Positions 22,529-34,487 of a DNA stretch of 64,000 nucleotides are shown here, in pieces. The position numbers and the translations under genes are program-made. The number at the start of each line of letters is the position of its first letter. Within the stretch, counting starts at the first letter, position 1. Location of the stretch: assembly GCA_013115145.1 (NCBI GenBank), contig JAAPAO010000001.1, forward strand, positions 186,001-250,000. Reading direction: 5' to 3'. The notes under the pieces were generated by a model, which searched no databases, had not been told where the DNA came from, and saw nothing but the letters and a program-made list of their open reading frames with translations. Source of the stretch: Perkinsus chesapeaki ATCC PRA-425. Its lineage: Eukaryota; Protista; Perkinsozoa.

Positions 22529-24085
22529 ATGTACATCGTCTCTCCTCTCATCATCATTTATGTTATCGTTGTGGTTGCTGGTGCTGCCCCTCCCGAGGCC
22601 GCCGCCCTGTTGAGCATTTCTAAGCGCACTATGGCGGTAGTTTCCAGTTCCTATCAAAGTAGCACCGAGCAACTCATTGATATTCGAACTATTCCATCTA
22701 TGCTGGCCCGCGATGGGCGGGTTCGTCGTAGACTGGGCGCTCCTGGTGTTGAGGAGTGCCTGGCACAGACAACCTCTGTCGACACCATGAACCACATTGG
22801 TATTCAGGCCGTTCTCACTGAGAGCTGTGGCGCTACAGCATCGCAAATATGCGACTACGCCAAGTCGGCAGGCGATGTCCTCGGCCTTGACGTTGTATGC
22901 GAGCCCAACTTCACAGTGACCCTCGAGAACACTGAGCCGGGAAAGATTGAGGGATCTGCTAAGGGAACCATCGACGGTGCTGATGATACCTATGCTTATC
23001 TACAAACAGGCCTTATAGAGATGGAGGTAGCTGAAGCTTGGAAGCTCGTTGAAGAATCTGGCAAGCGTTCCACTACGGACGAGATAATCATAGCCGTGTT
23101 TGACTCGGGTGTCGACGACGAGCACGAGGATCTTCGTGACGTGATGTGGACTGGCCCTGACGGTGACCATGGTTACAACTTTGTTGAGAACTCCAACGAT
23201 GTGTCCGATCCTCTGGGCCATGGGACACATTGTGCTGGCACCATAGCAGCACATAGGAATAACGGTCGAGGGATCACCGGTATTACCGATGCCAAGCTAA
23301 TGTCTTTGAACATCTGCGATGGTAGCGGTTCCTGCAACGTACTACTCGTATTCAGAGCCTTCGACTATGCCTTGGAGCATGGGGCACAGATATCGTCTCA
23401 TTCCTATATGGCAGATACTGGCGCTACCTTGTTGGAACAAGCATACAAGAATGCTGGGGCTACTGGACATGTTATGATATTTGCAGCTGGTAACGAGAAC
23501 CAAGAAATTGGTACAACTAAGTATCCCTGCACGCTGAGCCGATTGATATCCACTTCCATCTGTGTGACACACGTCGACCTCGATGCCCCAGATAAGTACA
23601 TGCTCGCTAAGAAGGCCAACTATGGGCCTTATGTTGACATGGCTGCCCCCGGCATCGGCGTCCTATCAACCCTGCCTAATAGCGAATATGGTTATATGTC
23701 TGGCTCATCTATGGCGGCCCCTCATGTCACCGGTGTGGCTGGGCTGCTGTTATCTATTGGTGTCAACGGGGAAGACATCATACGGGTTCTGAGAGCTTCT
23801 GCATTGCCACTCTCGGAGAAGAACACCAAATATTTGGTTACTGGTGGTGGGTTTTTGAATGCACGCAAGTCCGTTGAGAATGCCCTCGTGTTGCTGGGTG
23901 GTGGACAAGTTACCACACAGCCGTGGGAGTCCCAGACGACTGCCGTCCCCAAGAGCCAGGCTCCCGGCATGAATTCAAGCACGCTCCCGAGCCCAACTAG
24001 GACGGTCCCTAGCGGCTCCCACAGTTTAAGTATAGCGGTCTGGTTTACCGCCCTCTCGATCACTCTGAACTTCTTCCTGATGTAA
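22529..24085 (+). CDS. Subtilisin-like serine protease C (S8), secreted, probable GPI anchor, intronless
   Basis: VFDSGVD, HGTHCAG, AAGN, GSSMAAPHVTG; signal peptide from ATG 22529; S/T/P stalk plus hydrophobic tail. Confidence 0.95.
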   Translation: MYIVSPLIIIYVIVVVAGAAPPEAAALLSISKRTMAVVSSSYQSSTEQLIDIRTIPSMLARDGRVRRRLGAPGVEECLAQTTSVDTMNHIGIQAVLTESCGATASQICDYAKSAGDVLGLDVVCEPNFTVTLENTEPGKIEGSAKGTIDGADDTYAYLQTGLIEMEVAEAWKLVEESGKRSTTDEIIIAVFDSGVDDEHEDLRDVMWTGPDGDHGYNFVENSNDVSDPLGHGTHCAGTIAAHRNNGRGITGITDAKLMSLNICDGSGSCNVLLVFRAFDYALEHGAQISSHSYMADTGATLLEQAYKNAGATGHVMIFAAGNENQEIGTTKYPCTLSRLISTSICVTHVDLDAPDKYMLAKKANYGPYVDMAAPGIGVLSTLPNSEYGYMSGSSMAAPHVTGVAGLLLSIGVNGEDIIRVLRASALPLSEKNTKYLVTGGGFLNARKSVENALVLLGGGQVTTQPWESQTTAVPKSQAPGMNSSTLPSPTRTVPSGSHSLSIAVWFTALSITLNFFLM

Positions 24086-25449
24086 TTTTTGCAAGTGGGT
24101 CTCAACGGCCAGTTTTTGTGAAGTTGCACGACTGTGCAGGGTATCACCTCTCTTCTTGTCTGGCATCTTGCTGTCCTTGCTTATTTCATACTGTATCATC
24201 TTTCGTCTCGCTATTCTGTATATCGAATGGTAGTCTCTATCGCACTAACAGTAGCGTCGTCGTCGTCGTCGTACTAAAGTAGTAGTCATCTGAGGTTTGA
24301 GTAAAAGGTATATGCTCAACAACCATACAGTGTTTCTAGTTCGTTATTCGAGTGTTTAGTTCAAGTGAATCTTCCCTTTACCAAGGTTTAACTAAGACCG
24401 CCATCTCTACAGTAGCGAGATAGAGGCACAGTCCGTAGCTCGAATGGTTGATGGTCGTGCAGTCCCGTCCCAATGCGACTTGAGTGTCAACTGGCAACCA
24501 TGCGCTTGCTATTCTTGCATGAGAATTTACTTGTTTAACGTACAACACTATGGAAAGTAAAAGTCGATTCTACGTCGTAGAGGACATCAGTAGAGTTGCA
24601 CTCAACACTGGCGGTAACAGAGGCATCGCCTATTGTCACAGTGCCGACATTGGTTTGTCTCAAACTACTTGCCGCTGGTGTTCAAGTTATAAACTTTCTG
24701 CTTTACACTCAAACTACTGCAGCGCAACATCTGGTGGAAGTACTCTATATTCTGTTTATAACTAATTATGTCATCAAATAATAGTAGCGACTTCAATTTC
24801 GAAACTTCACGTCATTGGGACGTTCTCATCGATAAGCGAATGGCCTGATCGGTTGTGGAATCAAGGGCCGACTCAGATTAGCCGAATAGGGGGAAACCTG
24901 CATCATCCGTTCGAGCCTCCAACACCACACGAAATGCTACATGGGCATTTGGTCGTTGAAGCGGTTGAACGCTGGAGCTTCTCGCTGGTATCGGTGTCCA
25001 TGTGCTTTGTCTTTGCGGTAGCGGTGACATCCTGCCTAAATTGAAGTTCATTGGGCTAAACTCATTGTAGGAACCAGAGAATGCCGCTGAGCCTTGCGGT
25101 ATGGTTTGTAACACCTGAACAGCAATACTGCAGACAGACGACATGCCCGCTTCACTGGTTGGGACTGTGCGTGAACATTCGCGCGTGTAAGCTTCGGTCG
25201 ACTGGGTGTTTCCGATGATGTTGCTGTTGATGGGACTACAGTAGGGGTAGTGTTGCCACCTGAGCAACACTACTTGTGCTAGTCACGCTCTTTTTACTAT
25301 ATGCAAATGATGTAGCGTTGGCTGATGTATAGAGCTGTTGTCGCCTCGCCATGCCCTACAGAGGTCTCTAGAGCGGGGAACGAGAAAGCCGTGATCCTAC
25401 AGTGGGCGGCGGACCTCTCGGAATCTTCTGGCTTTGAGACATACAAGGC

Positions 25450-26450
25450 GCCAACTTAAAATCAATTTGCGGTACCTGACCACTACAGCTTCTCGGGTGT
25501 CCGGAAGAACACTTCTCACCTTTGGCGGCAGCCTTTGGGTTACCTCTTCACACTTCAACTGCATCTGATTTACGGTGCACTTCAGCGTTTCCAGACTAAA
25601 GTAAATAACATATCATCGTCATGCGACATGTTCGGATGAGGGGTTACTCTCGTGCCATTCTGGCCATTGAGACCTGTTCGAAGGAGTCATCCAAGCTGCG
25701 AGAGACACTAGGTGAACTTTCAAACTCGCGTAGTGACCGAGCTGAGGACGAGCCGGATGTCTACGGGGGAGGAGGAGACCGCCGCCGCCGGGGACCAACC
25801 CTCTGGTGTGGCACGAGGCCACATTTCGCTCTCCTGGTCCTCTTCTACAGTTAGTAGGTCTAGGTCCGCGTGGAGCCCGGTCGAGTGCACCGATATCGGG
25901 AAAACGTCTGAAGGCACCACGGTGTTCGCCACACAATGAGCCACGCTGCGAACTCTCGCGGGGGTATCCTCGACTTTTCGGTGTCATGGTCGATGGTGTT
26001 GCCTGGGAAGATGTAACCAAGCTAAACGACTTGACGTTTGAATAGGAAGCTGCAAGGAACATATCACAGGGCTTGCTTCAAGGCGGCTTACCGGTTCCCC
26101 TGCCATCTGAGAAGGCTGCAACTTTTAGGTCACCAAAAGCCGAGGCCAACCGTGAACCTGATCGGCCTCACCAAACGCTCACCAATCAACGTAACTTACG
26201 TCCCAAAGAAGCCAAAATGGCACACACGCGCCGTGCTCGATGACGTCTACCTGAGAGAGGCAGCCCGTTACCAATGTCCACGATAGCGAGGTGGCTTACA
26301 GACAACCACGGCCTTCCAACGAAGAAGAGCTAACTTGGTCAGTCTGTTCGCACTGGCCGCGATCAGCATAAACCACTTCCGACGGACTCTAAAAAGTATC
26401 TATTGTGGTCCACCGGAGCGATTATGAGGAGCTACTGTCTTGTTAAGCGT
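25450..26450 (+). mobile_element. Decayed non-LTR retrotransposon (LINE) reverse transcriptase fragment
   Basis: Degenerate RT motifs in order: GCPEEHFSPL at 25495 (GxPQGxxLSP), GYSRAILAI at 25642 (YADD position), YPRLFGVMVD (~25965; YLGVxLD), thumb-like KLQGTYHRACFKAAY; frameshifts and stops. Confidence 0.5.
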
Positions 26451-26550
26451 TTTTTATTGACATAATTAAGCCAAGCCACAATGAAACTGAAGCAGCAAGG
26501 AAGTGCTGGCTGAGATGCCTACTGACCGGCTCACCTTCGTCTCATGGTCC

Positions 26551-28177
26551 TCAGTCTAGCAGATGCCAGCGCGTGGGCGCAGATGCAGGAGTGTTGATAG
26601 GAGGCGGAAGTGAACTCATCTGCCAAGTCTGCAACCTGAATCTTCGCTCCGCTAGAAAATGCCCTGCAAAGGCCACCTCTCTCTGGTAGCCAGACGTCAT
26701 TCGGGCTATCCTGCCGACCAGGACAGCTGTCCGCCAGGCAAGGAGGCACTTCATGAGCCTGACATAGACTGGGCGGCGGCGGAGCGGCGGTGGCCGCCTT
26801 ACGTGGCCGTCTCGCATTTTTTGATGTATGTAGAAGTGATGAACCTCCAAGTGGCCGCCCTTCGAGGGGTTTGAAAAAGAGCCAGATGTGGATGGTGGTC
26901 GATGGGCATTTGGAACCAGAGATCTGAATAATTGCCGGAATCCAGTCAACACAAAAGAACAGCATGTGTAGATTCGCACGCAGCTAGCTGAGGAAGCTCC
27001 CGACGTGGCTGCTGGCAGCCTGATAACAGTGGTGCATTCCCATGAAGAATGCCTCCTCCAGATGTATCAGCTCCTCCACATAGACGTCGACTGAATGCTT
27101 GTTTCCGTCAGAATACAGAACGTCCTATACAAAGGAACTCCTCTCTTTCCCGCCCAGTTCGCCAACCTTGAGCGTTTTGCAGAGGCCTTCCGTGGATGCA
27201 ACGAAGTTGCCCTCCGCCTCCTCTACTTGTCGTGTCTCTTCATAAAGTTCCCTCGAGGCAAGCCTCAAAACTTCTGGTATATCTTGAGACGAGGTATGGT
27301 TGTGAGCAGTTTGAAGTGACGGGTGATTGGATCTGAATGTTCTAACTTGTCGAGCAGCAGCGGCAGGCCTGGCCCCGCTGTAACCTTCTGCGCAACCTTT
27401 CAGCAGCCGTGGTACGGTGCCGTTCAAGTCTGTCTTTCATCCCTTGCAGCCTAACATACTCATCGTCGCGTTGTCTCAGTCTTTCTATGAGGTCTTCGAG
27501 AACTTTGATTTCCTTATCTATCGATATGGTGAGGGTGTGGATGGCTGAGAAGAGTGTCTTGGTGCGCATGCGTGCACGAAAATGCGAACCTCTGCAGGTT
27601 TCCTCCGACATTTTTGTTGAGGTGTTGGCGATGCTCTTCAGTCTTTCGATCATCGTTCTATCGCACACTTCGTGACCGAGGCTTGAAACAGCAGCATCAT
27701 CTGAGCCTCTATCAACTGGCACTGTGTCGTTCTGTACCCAATCGGTTGACTTCCCTCCGGTGCAGGAGCAGTGCGTCAGTATGTGTGGCGAAGGCTACTG
27801 TCATGCCATACAGGACTTTCAGGACCCTACGCAACCGATAGTGTTCATCACATACGTCTCGAAGGATGTGCTGTGTTCAAAGTGTTTATTGAATGCGTAC
27901 TTAAACTAGCCCGTACTGAGGGGATCCAGTCTAGTTACACAATAAATGTTGGTAGTGATGCACTACTAACTAGTAGTGACTACTAGTGTATGAAGATCCA
28001 AAGTCCGTATGATAGGTATCGAGGCTACCTTCGTTTGCCTCTTGTGGCTGTCCTCAGATCGTGGAGGGCATCTGATGGTATCGGACCTCTGTCTGGTAGC
28101 CTCGCTTCGTTCTCATCATCACTTGATTGGCCTCCTCCAGAGCAGTTCTGAGGTGTACCGAGGACCTTAACATTCAT
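26551..28177 (-). CDS. Hypothetical coiled-coil protein, multi-exon (structure approximate)
   Basis: Chain of minus-strand exons (27342-27722, 27125-27427, 26551-26979) with heptad-like composition; start and end tentative. Confidence 0.5.
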
Positions 28178-28749
28178 GTGAAGGCCTCCCACTAGCACTT
28201 GAAGTGTGAAAATCCGAAAGCCCTTGTCAAGGTGTACTTATAATATTACCACTATATATACCACATACCATCAAATGGTATGGAATAATATATCTTATAA
28301 TATTTACTATTTAATTAGATTTACAACAATAAACTAGTGTAAGTACAATGATATATGGACTCTATCGAAGGCTGCTCCCCTTCCCCCACTTCGGCCCCTC
28401 CTTGCCATATATTCGACAGTCCCTCCGTCAACGTCCTTCGATATCCTTCTCGCCACCGAGTGTTCTCTGGGGAATTCAGGTAACTGCCCCATGCCCGTCA
28501 TTGCTGTTGTCGTTGTTACTGTATAAGCTTACTTGCTTAGTGTGTGAGCAGTCTCACTAACAGTGTCTGATATGTACTCAGCCCAGGTCCCTCCCTCGAC
28601 CGTTGCAGCCTGCTGCCCTTCCAGATTGGAAAAAGTAGCTCCGTTCCCTTTATTGACAACAACTCTTGCACAGAGCAGGCAATCAGTTAATCTCATTACC
28701 AAGCACACAATGGTGAGAGAGTGGAAATGGGCAATGCTGCGGAAGGCAC

Positions 28750-29446
28750 TCAATCTTCTTCAAAAAGGCTTACAACCCTCTTCGCCTCCTCTTCTGTGAT
28801 CCCCCTAGAGTAAGTGGGCTGGACGAACCTCGAGTACTCCGGATCTTCCGGTGACACTACGTCCCTGTCGTCCAGGATTACATACCGCTCGACGAGCTTT
28901 GGATGCTCCTTCATCCATGACTTGATCTCATCAAGCCGAGAGGTGTAGACCTGAAAGACTGTTCGTCAATGGTCGTCACACCGCCGACAAGGGCGCACTC
29001 GTTTGTTCGAAGCCAGATAGTTGAGATGTGGTTCCCCTGCTGTCCTGCCGATAACAACGTCATGCGGAAGGTCTCCTATCCGACAAAACGCATAAGTGAT
29101 GTAACTGATGCAGCTTGGAATGCCTTCAAACCAAAGTCACCCTCTCACTCTTGGAAGCCTCGCCAGTATGTCGTCCACACAATCTTGCAGTCTGTCCTCC
29201 GAACTATGTCAGCCACACGTCTCACCAGACCCTGATAACAGAATGGCCGGGCGTCGGCTCTTTCACACCCACCTCCTCGAACACACATTGGCAACCCCCC
29301 TTGACAGTGTTCATCACTCCATCGATGTCTAGGAACAAAACTTTATATGGAGCCGACGACCTCCGAAGACTGCCCTCGTCGAGCCTCCCCGCTGCTACCG
29401 CGACGCTGCTGTTGGAAAATTCGCCGTCGAGGATCTTCGATGTCAT
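28750..29446 (-). CDS. Stand-alone HAD phosphatase resembling the HAD_SAK_2 family (Swiss-Army-Knife RNA-repair HAD), 4 exons
   Basis: VLFLDIDGVMN (motif I, DxD), KIVWTTYWR (motif II), GRT, RLDEIKSW, YVILDD (motif IV), FVQ..GIT; three GT-AG introns restore one frame. Confidence 0.82.
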
Positions 29447-29505
29447 CAGTAAAACTGCCCTCACCGCGGGATAGCGCCGGCACAACTCAACAAGAATATT
29501 GGCGG

Positions 29506-30240
29506 CTACGGCAAAGGAACACTATGGGCATGGCTGGTGCTGTCGTCGTCGTCATAACCCAGATCTAGCTTGAATCTCCTGATGGCCGTTAAAATGGATG
29601 CAACGTTGCGAAGTGTGCGCTCCAGCTTCTCCTTGGCCTCGGACCGCTCCCGCCTCTCTCTCCTCAGTTCCTGAGGATTCAACCATTTCCAACAGCCATC
29701 GGCGGGACCTCCGAATGAAGTCGACCCAAACCGAGATTCACAATCACACACACGGGTTTTCCGCAACCACCAACAGGCATGCGTATTTTGGAGATGTGCT
29801 CACCATTCTCAAAGCTTCATTGTTGGCGGCCTCGCAATCATGTGCGGTAATTAACGAGGATAACTTATCCCGTAACGATACGATCTCGGCGTCGTATACT
29901 TCTGGCAACCCAGCCAACTGCTCCTCCAGAACTCGGCAGGCCTTCGCCGCCTTTTCCCTGGAAGAGGTCGTCCATACCGCTCTCTCTGCAAACTCTTACA
30001 TTTCGATTTGTAAGAGCTCTTTAAGATCCTCGTTCTCGAATAGCATCCTACGGTACTTCACCTCCTCCATCTTAGCCTTCCTTCGCATCAGCTGTTCCTG
30101 ATTCACCATCACCTCGCCCAACAGCAACAACAAGCCAAACCCTCCGCACCTTCTCCAAACTCTCTGTCTTATGCGCCTCTATTCTTTGCATTAACTCCGC
30201 AGTCTCGACAGCTGCTGCCGCTATGGCGCTGTCGCTGTTA
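29506..30240 (-). CDS. Coiled-coil protein exons (separate gene or 3' part of the 30.4-35.1 kb gene)
   Basis: Spliced exons AELMQRIEAHK..KMEEVKYRRMLFENEDLKELL..ELRRERRERSEAKEKLE..VPLP*; 5' link unresolved. Confidence 0.6.
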
Positions 30241-30373
30241 ATGACCTGATATCAGGCCTGTCATGGCAAAGCTCATTATGATAGCAACGACCAGGCCAGT
30301 ACTAATAGTCTTCATCACTATTACTATTTATACAAATACTTTATTAGAACCGCGTAAAAAGCCTCTTGTCAAG

Positions 30374-33300
30374 TTATATAAACCATGACATGGTCGATAC
30401 ATTTTTCTCTGCTATGAGATGTGGAGCCCGGAGTTTTGTGAGATGCCGTTTCCCCGCCTCTTCGGGTAACCGTCTGCACTGGGTACACATACCGCCATGG
30501 ATGAGGGCTCCAAGGAGGAGGAAGAGGAGGATTCACCCTTCCGTGTCCAGGAAGATGCAAGCGTAGGTGTCCGTCGATATTCTTCCTCAATGCCTCCTTA
30601 CCTTCTCTTCCAATTCCTTAACCTTCTCCTTAAGCATGACAGCCTCCTCATCGTTATCTATCACCTCCTGCAACCGTCTTATCTTACCCCGAAGCCCCTC
30701 AGCCACAGTAGCAGCCTCCGCCTCCCTCGCTGCCAGCTGTAACCTACCAACAATTGCTGATGCCCCAGAACGCCTTCGCCCATGGACATACTCCAGCTTT
30801 TTAGCCTCCCCTTTATGGAGGTCCTCAGTTTCCTTCATCCGACGATGGATAGCAGCCCTCTCCTCCGCCACTGCAGATTTAACATATCTCACCTCTTCAA
30901 CCATCGTGGTGTTCTCGACTATCTAAGAGAAGTGTGGTATGAAATCCTAAGCCGTTCTAATACGTACCATATTTTCCACAGCAAGTGACATCTTCCTCTC
31001 TATATCCGATCGTTCCATCGTAGCCCTCTCCAATGCAAGCCCAAGCGCTCCTGTGAGTTGGTCAAACCCTCTCTGCTGATCCTCATTAAGTTCGTCCGCC
31101 TTCTCCAGCCTCTCCTGTAGATCCGATATCCTGCAGCAGGGTAGCAGTGGCATGCAGACATACTGCCTCCTCCTCCACCACCTACTTAACATTTTGCCTA
31201 TGATTCTCCTTTTTCCATTCCTGCTCTTTCTCCCTCCACACCCCCAACTCCCTCGCCCTCTCCTCAGCAACATCCTCCTTAAACTTATCGAACCTGCCTC
31301 GTAGCCATCACCCCTTGCTGGCGAGGGCATGCTTACTCATCCGAGAGCTCATTGAACTGCTTCACCAACACCTGATACGCCTGTTCCTTTGCCACCAGTA
31401 TATCCGCCGTCTCCCTCTTGATATCGTCTATTAGGAAGTCCTTGTTGCGTATTTGTGTCTTCAGCGTCCCAATGACCCCGTTCAACCGTTGGATCTCCTT
31501 CTTCAATGCCTCCACCTACCACCCATTTCTCACCCAAAGCCCCAACCCTTCTCTGCCTTACTGTTATATTAAGCTGTTCTATCTCTTCCTCCAGCATCCT
31601 CATCTTCGCCGCCGAAGCAGCGTCCTTCTCATACCGTGCCTTCAGTGCTTCGTATCTGTCCACCGTACATGCTTCTGAATAGCATTATGATTATTCCCAC
31701 TCTGCCAGTAGGTGCTGATATTGCTCCTCTGCATGCTCCAACTTGAACTCCAGCTCCCTCCTGACTTGTATTATCTGCCTCTCCAACCCCTGTCGCTCCT
31801 CTTCAAAGGCAGCTGTCATGGCATCCATCTCGTCATGCAACGTCTGGACTCTGACGAAAGCAAAAAGATATCGCAGCAGCAGCAACAGCAACTATCGTTA
31901 GCAATCTTGGGTGCCTCTATCATTCGGGTAGAACAACAACGACTACCGAGATAGGGCTCCCTTGAGAGTCAAGCAACTACATACTCCGGCTTAATCATAA
32001 GAAAAGGGACAGAGTGTTGCACAAAGATGATGCCAATACTAATAAGCCAATTAATAGTAATTACTGTAATACCAATTGTTATGATTGGTAATACCTACAC
32101 ATACCACCATAGGCCTATTCGCTCTAGGGCTACTACTTAGGGCAATTAGAGCGACTAGTATTACAACACGCGCAAGAGAGTAGTTCCATAATTGTTATAT
32201 ACAACCGCTGCCCTCACAATCCCTCTCCTACTTCATCTTCAGCTCCTCAACCGTAATGAGCACTGCTGCATGCTTAGACTTCCAATCGGCAATCTCAAAG
32301 CATAGTCCCTTCCTCTCCTTCTCCCATGCCTTCTTATCTGCACTGCCATTCATCAACGGCATACACCTCCCTATTACCCTCCTCGTGCTCCCTCAATAGT
32401 CCTTCAACACTCCTTCTCCATCTCTCCCAATCCTCAGTGCCTCTCATCTTCACCCCCTCCAACTTCGTCATCAACTCCTTATAGTCTCGTTCATGCCATG
32501 CTCTAGCAGCAAGTCCCCTCTATTCCTTCGACTATGTCTACATTTTCTGCCGCCATCCATGGTCCCTCCTTTCCATCTCCCTCTCCACCACAGTAACCTT
32601 CCTCGCCTCCGCCGCAGTCCTGTCATCTCCTTCCCCCATATAGCACCATTGCCTTCGCCTTACCTCTCCTGCTCCGCGCGTATCTCCGCATCCTTCCCAG
32701 CCAGGAGCTCCAGTACACGATCGTATCTAAGTCCAGGTACATGTGGCATCCTAGCCGTCATCAGTCAGCTACCCATTCTCCTTCTCTCGAATGCGCCCCA
32801 GCCACTCAGCGTCTGCTGCATGACGAGCAGTGCGCTCCTCGTCGACCTTCCTCTTTGCTGCTTCTACCTGTAATCGGTAACCTTTCACGCGCCACATAAT
32901 TAAACGTCGTCGTTCACCTCCTCCATCATTGCTTGCACCCTTCGATCCTTCTCCTCGATTACCTTTCCAAATTGCCGAACGATACCGTCAAACTCTCTCT
33001 GAGGACCGTAACGCTATCACCACCGCCTATCACACATCCCCATCGCCCTACAGCTTGCCATTTAAACCTGTTATCAAGCTCCTTCACTGCCTTCCTTAAC
33101 GCAACTTTCTCCTTGTCTGCCTCCTTCTCCTTACCATCTTCTTCCATCTACACCATTCAATACCCTTTCCTTTCCTCAGCCCTACTACCTCATTAACAAG
33201 TGCTTTATACGCCAAATCCTTTACCTCTATTTTACGCTGAAGATCATCAATAACAACAGACAGCCTACAACACCAGGTGCTGCTACTCCACCACAGCACG

Positions 33301-34456
33301 CCCCTACCCCCTAATCTCCACGTTCTTCGCCTCCAGCCCCTCCCTGTATACCCTCTCCTTCTCCGCCGCGCCTGCCATGTGCTCCTCGGCAATCCTCCTG
33401 GCACCGCTGAAACAACAACGATATATCAAAGAGCTTCGCGAGTGCCCCACCCGATTTGGTGCTCCAGTTCGAGGATCCTCAGTCCATAGGCCTTCTCCGC
33501 CTCTCTCCTCTCCCGCTGGTACCTCTCATGAATACTGCCCACCTCGACCCTGTACCGTTCCGCGTCGGCTAGGGCATTACGCGCTAACTCCTCATAACTA
33601 CAAAGGATACTTTACGCACCGCGAAGATTCTTTCCAGGTCACCTTTTCTCCTTCAACCTCAGCCTTTCCTTGCATTTCGCTAGCTCCACATGTACTGCGT
33701 TGTGAGTAAGCTCCTTCCTTAACACCTTGACAGCAATGCTCAGGTCTACTCAACACCACAGTCATTTACCTCAATCTCAGCATGCAGTGCCACTGTTCGT
33801 TCCGCCTCATCCTTCTGTAATGTCTCAATACACTCATCCCTAGTCGCAATCTCCTCCCCCAGTCGATGAATCCTACACAGGGTTATCAACTCCTAGTTCA
33901 CATATAAGTCCTCCGGTCAGCTTCCCCCATGCCCCAAAGCTGTATTCACTCACTCTGTATCCCTGGCCCTAATCTCCGCTCTTTTCTCATCACCAAGAGC
34001 GCGTACCTCCGACTCTGCCGCCGATACCTTCTCACGGCACTTCTCTATAGTAGCCTCCAACTGACACAGCAGCCGCGTCGTTGATGATCATTTCACTTAG
34101 TCATCGCGCTTCATCGACCACACAAACAACTTCAAGTATCTATCTGCTTTCCTTGTAAGTTATGGGCTTAGGGGGGGAACAAAGCCTAGCCTGGGATTCG
34201 AACCCGGAGTTGTTTTCTTGATAAACAACATTACTAACCACTGGACTATTAAGGTAAATTAGCCATACTAAGACGTACAGCTTGTTGGTCTACCTTCCTA
34301 ATTGTCCCCTCCTTGTCCTCTATACATCTCATAAGCCTCGCCTCCTCAACTCGTGCAGTCTCATTCTCCTCTACACGTCGCTCTTTCTCCACCCTCAACT
34401 CCCTACCACTTGTCTCCTCCAATGTCTTGTATCTTACCCACCACACCTCTACAGCC

Positions 34457-34487
<31 letters not shown>

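Noticed and set aside
24550-24781. ORF fragments faintly resembling subtilisin (NRGIA, GVQVIN)
   Set aside because: Spacing does not match the neighbouring paralog and no catalytic motifs are present.
24878-25270. 130-aa minus-strand ORF
   Set aside because: Non-ATG start, low complexity, no domain or splice support; left uncalled.
28340-28753. Small gene immediately downstream of the HAD gene
   Set aside because: Start codon and exon structure could not be resolved.
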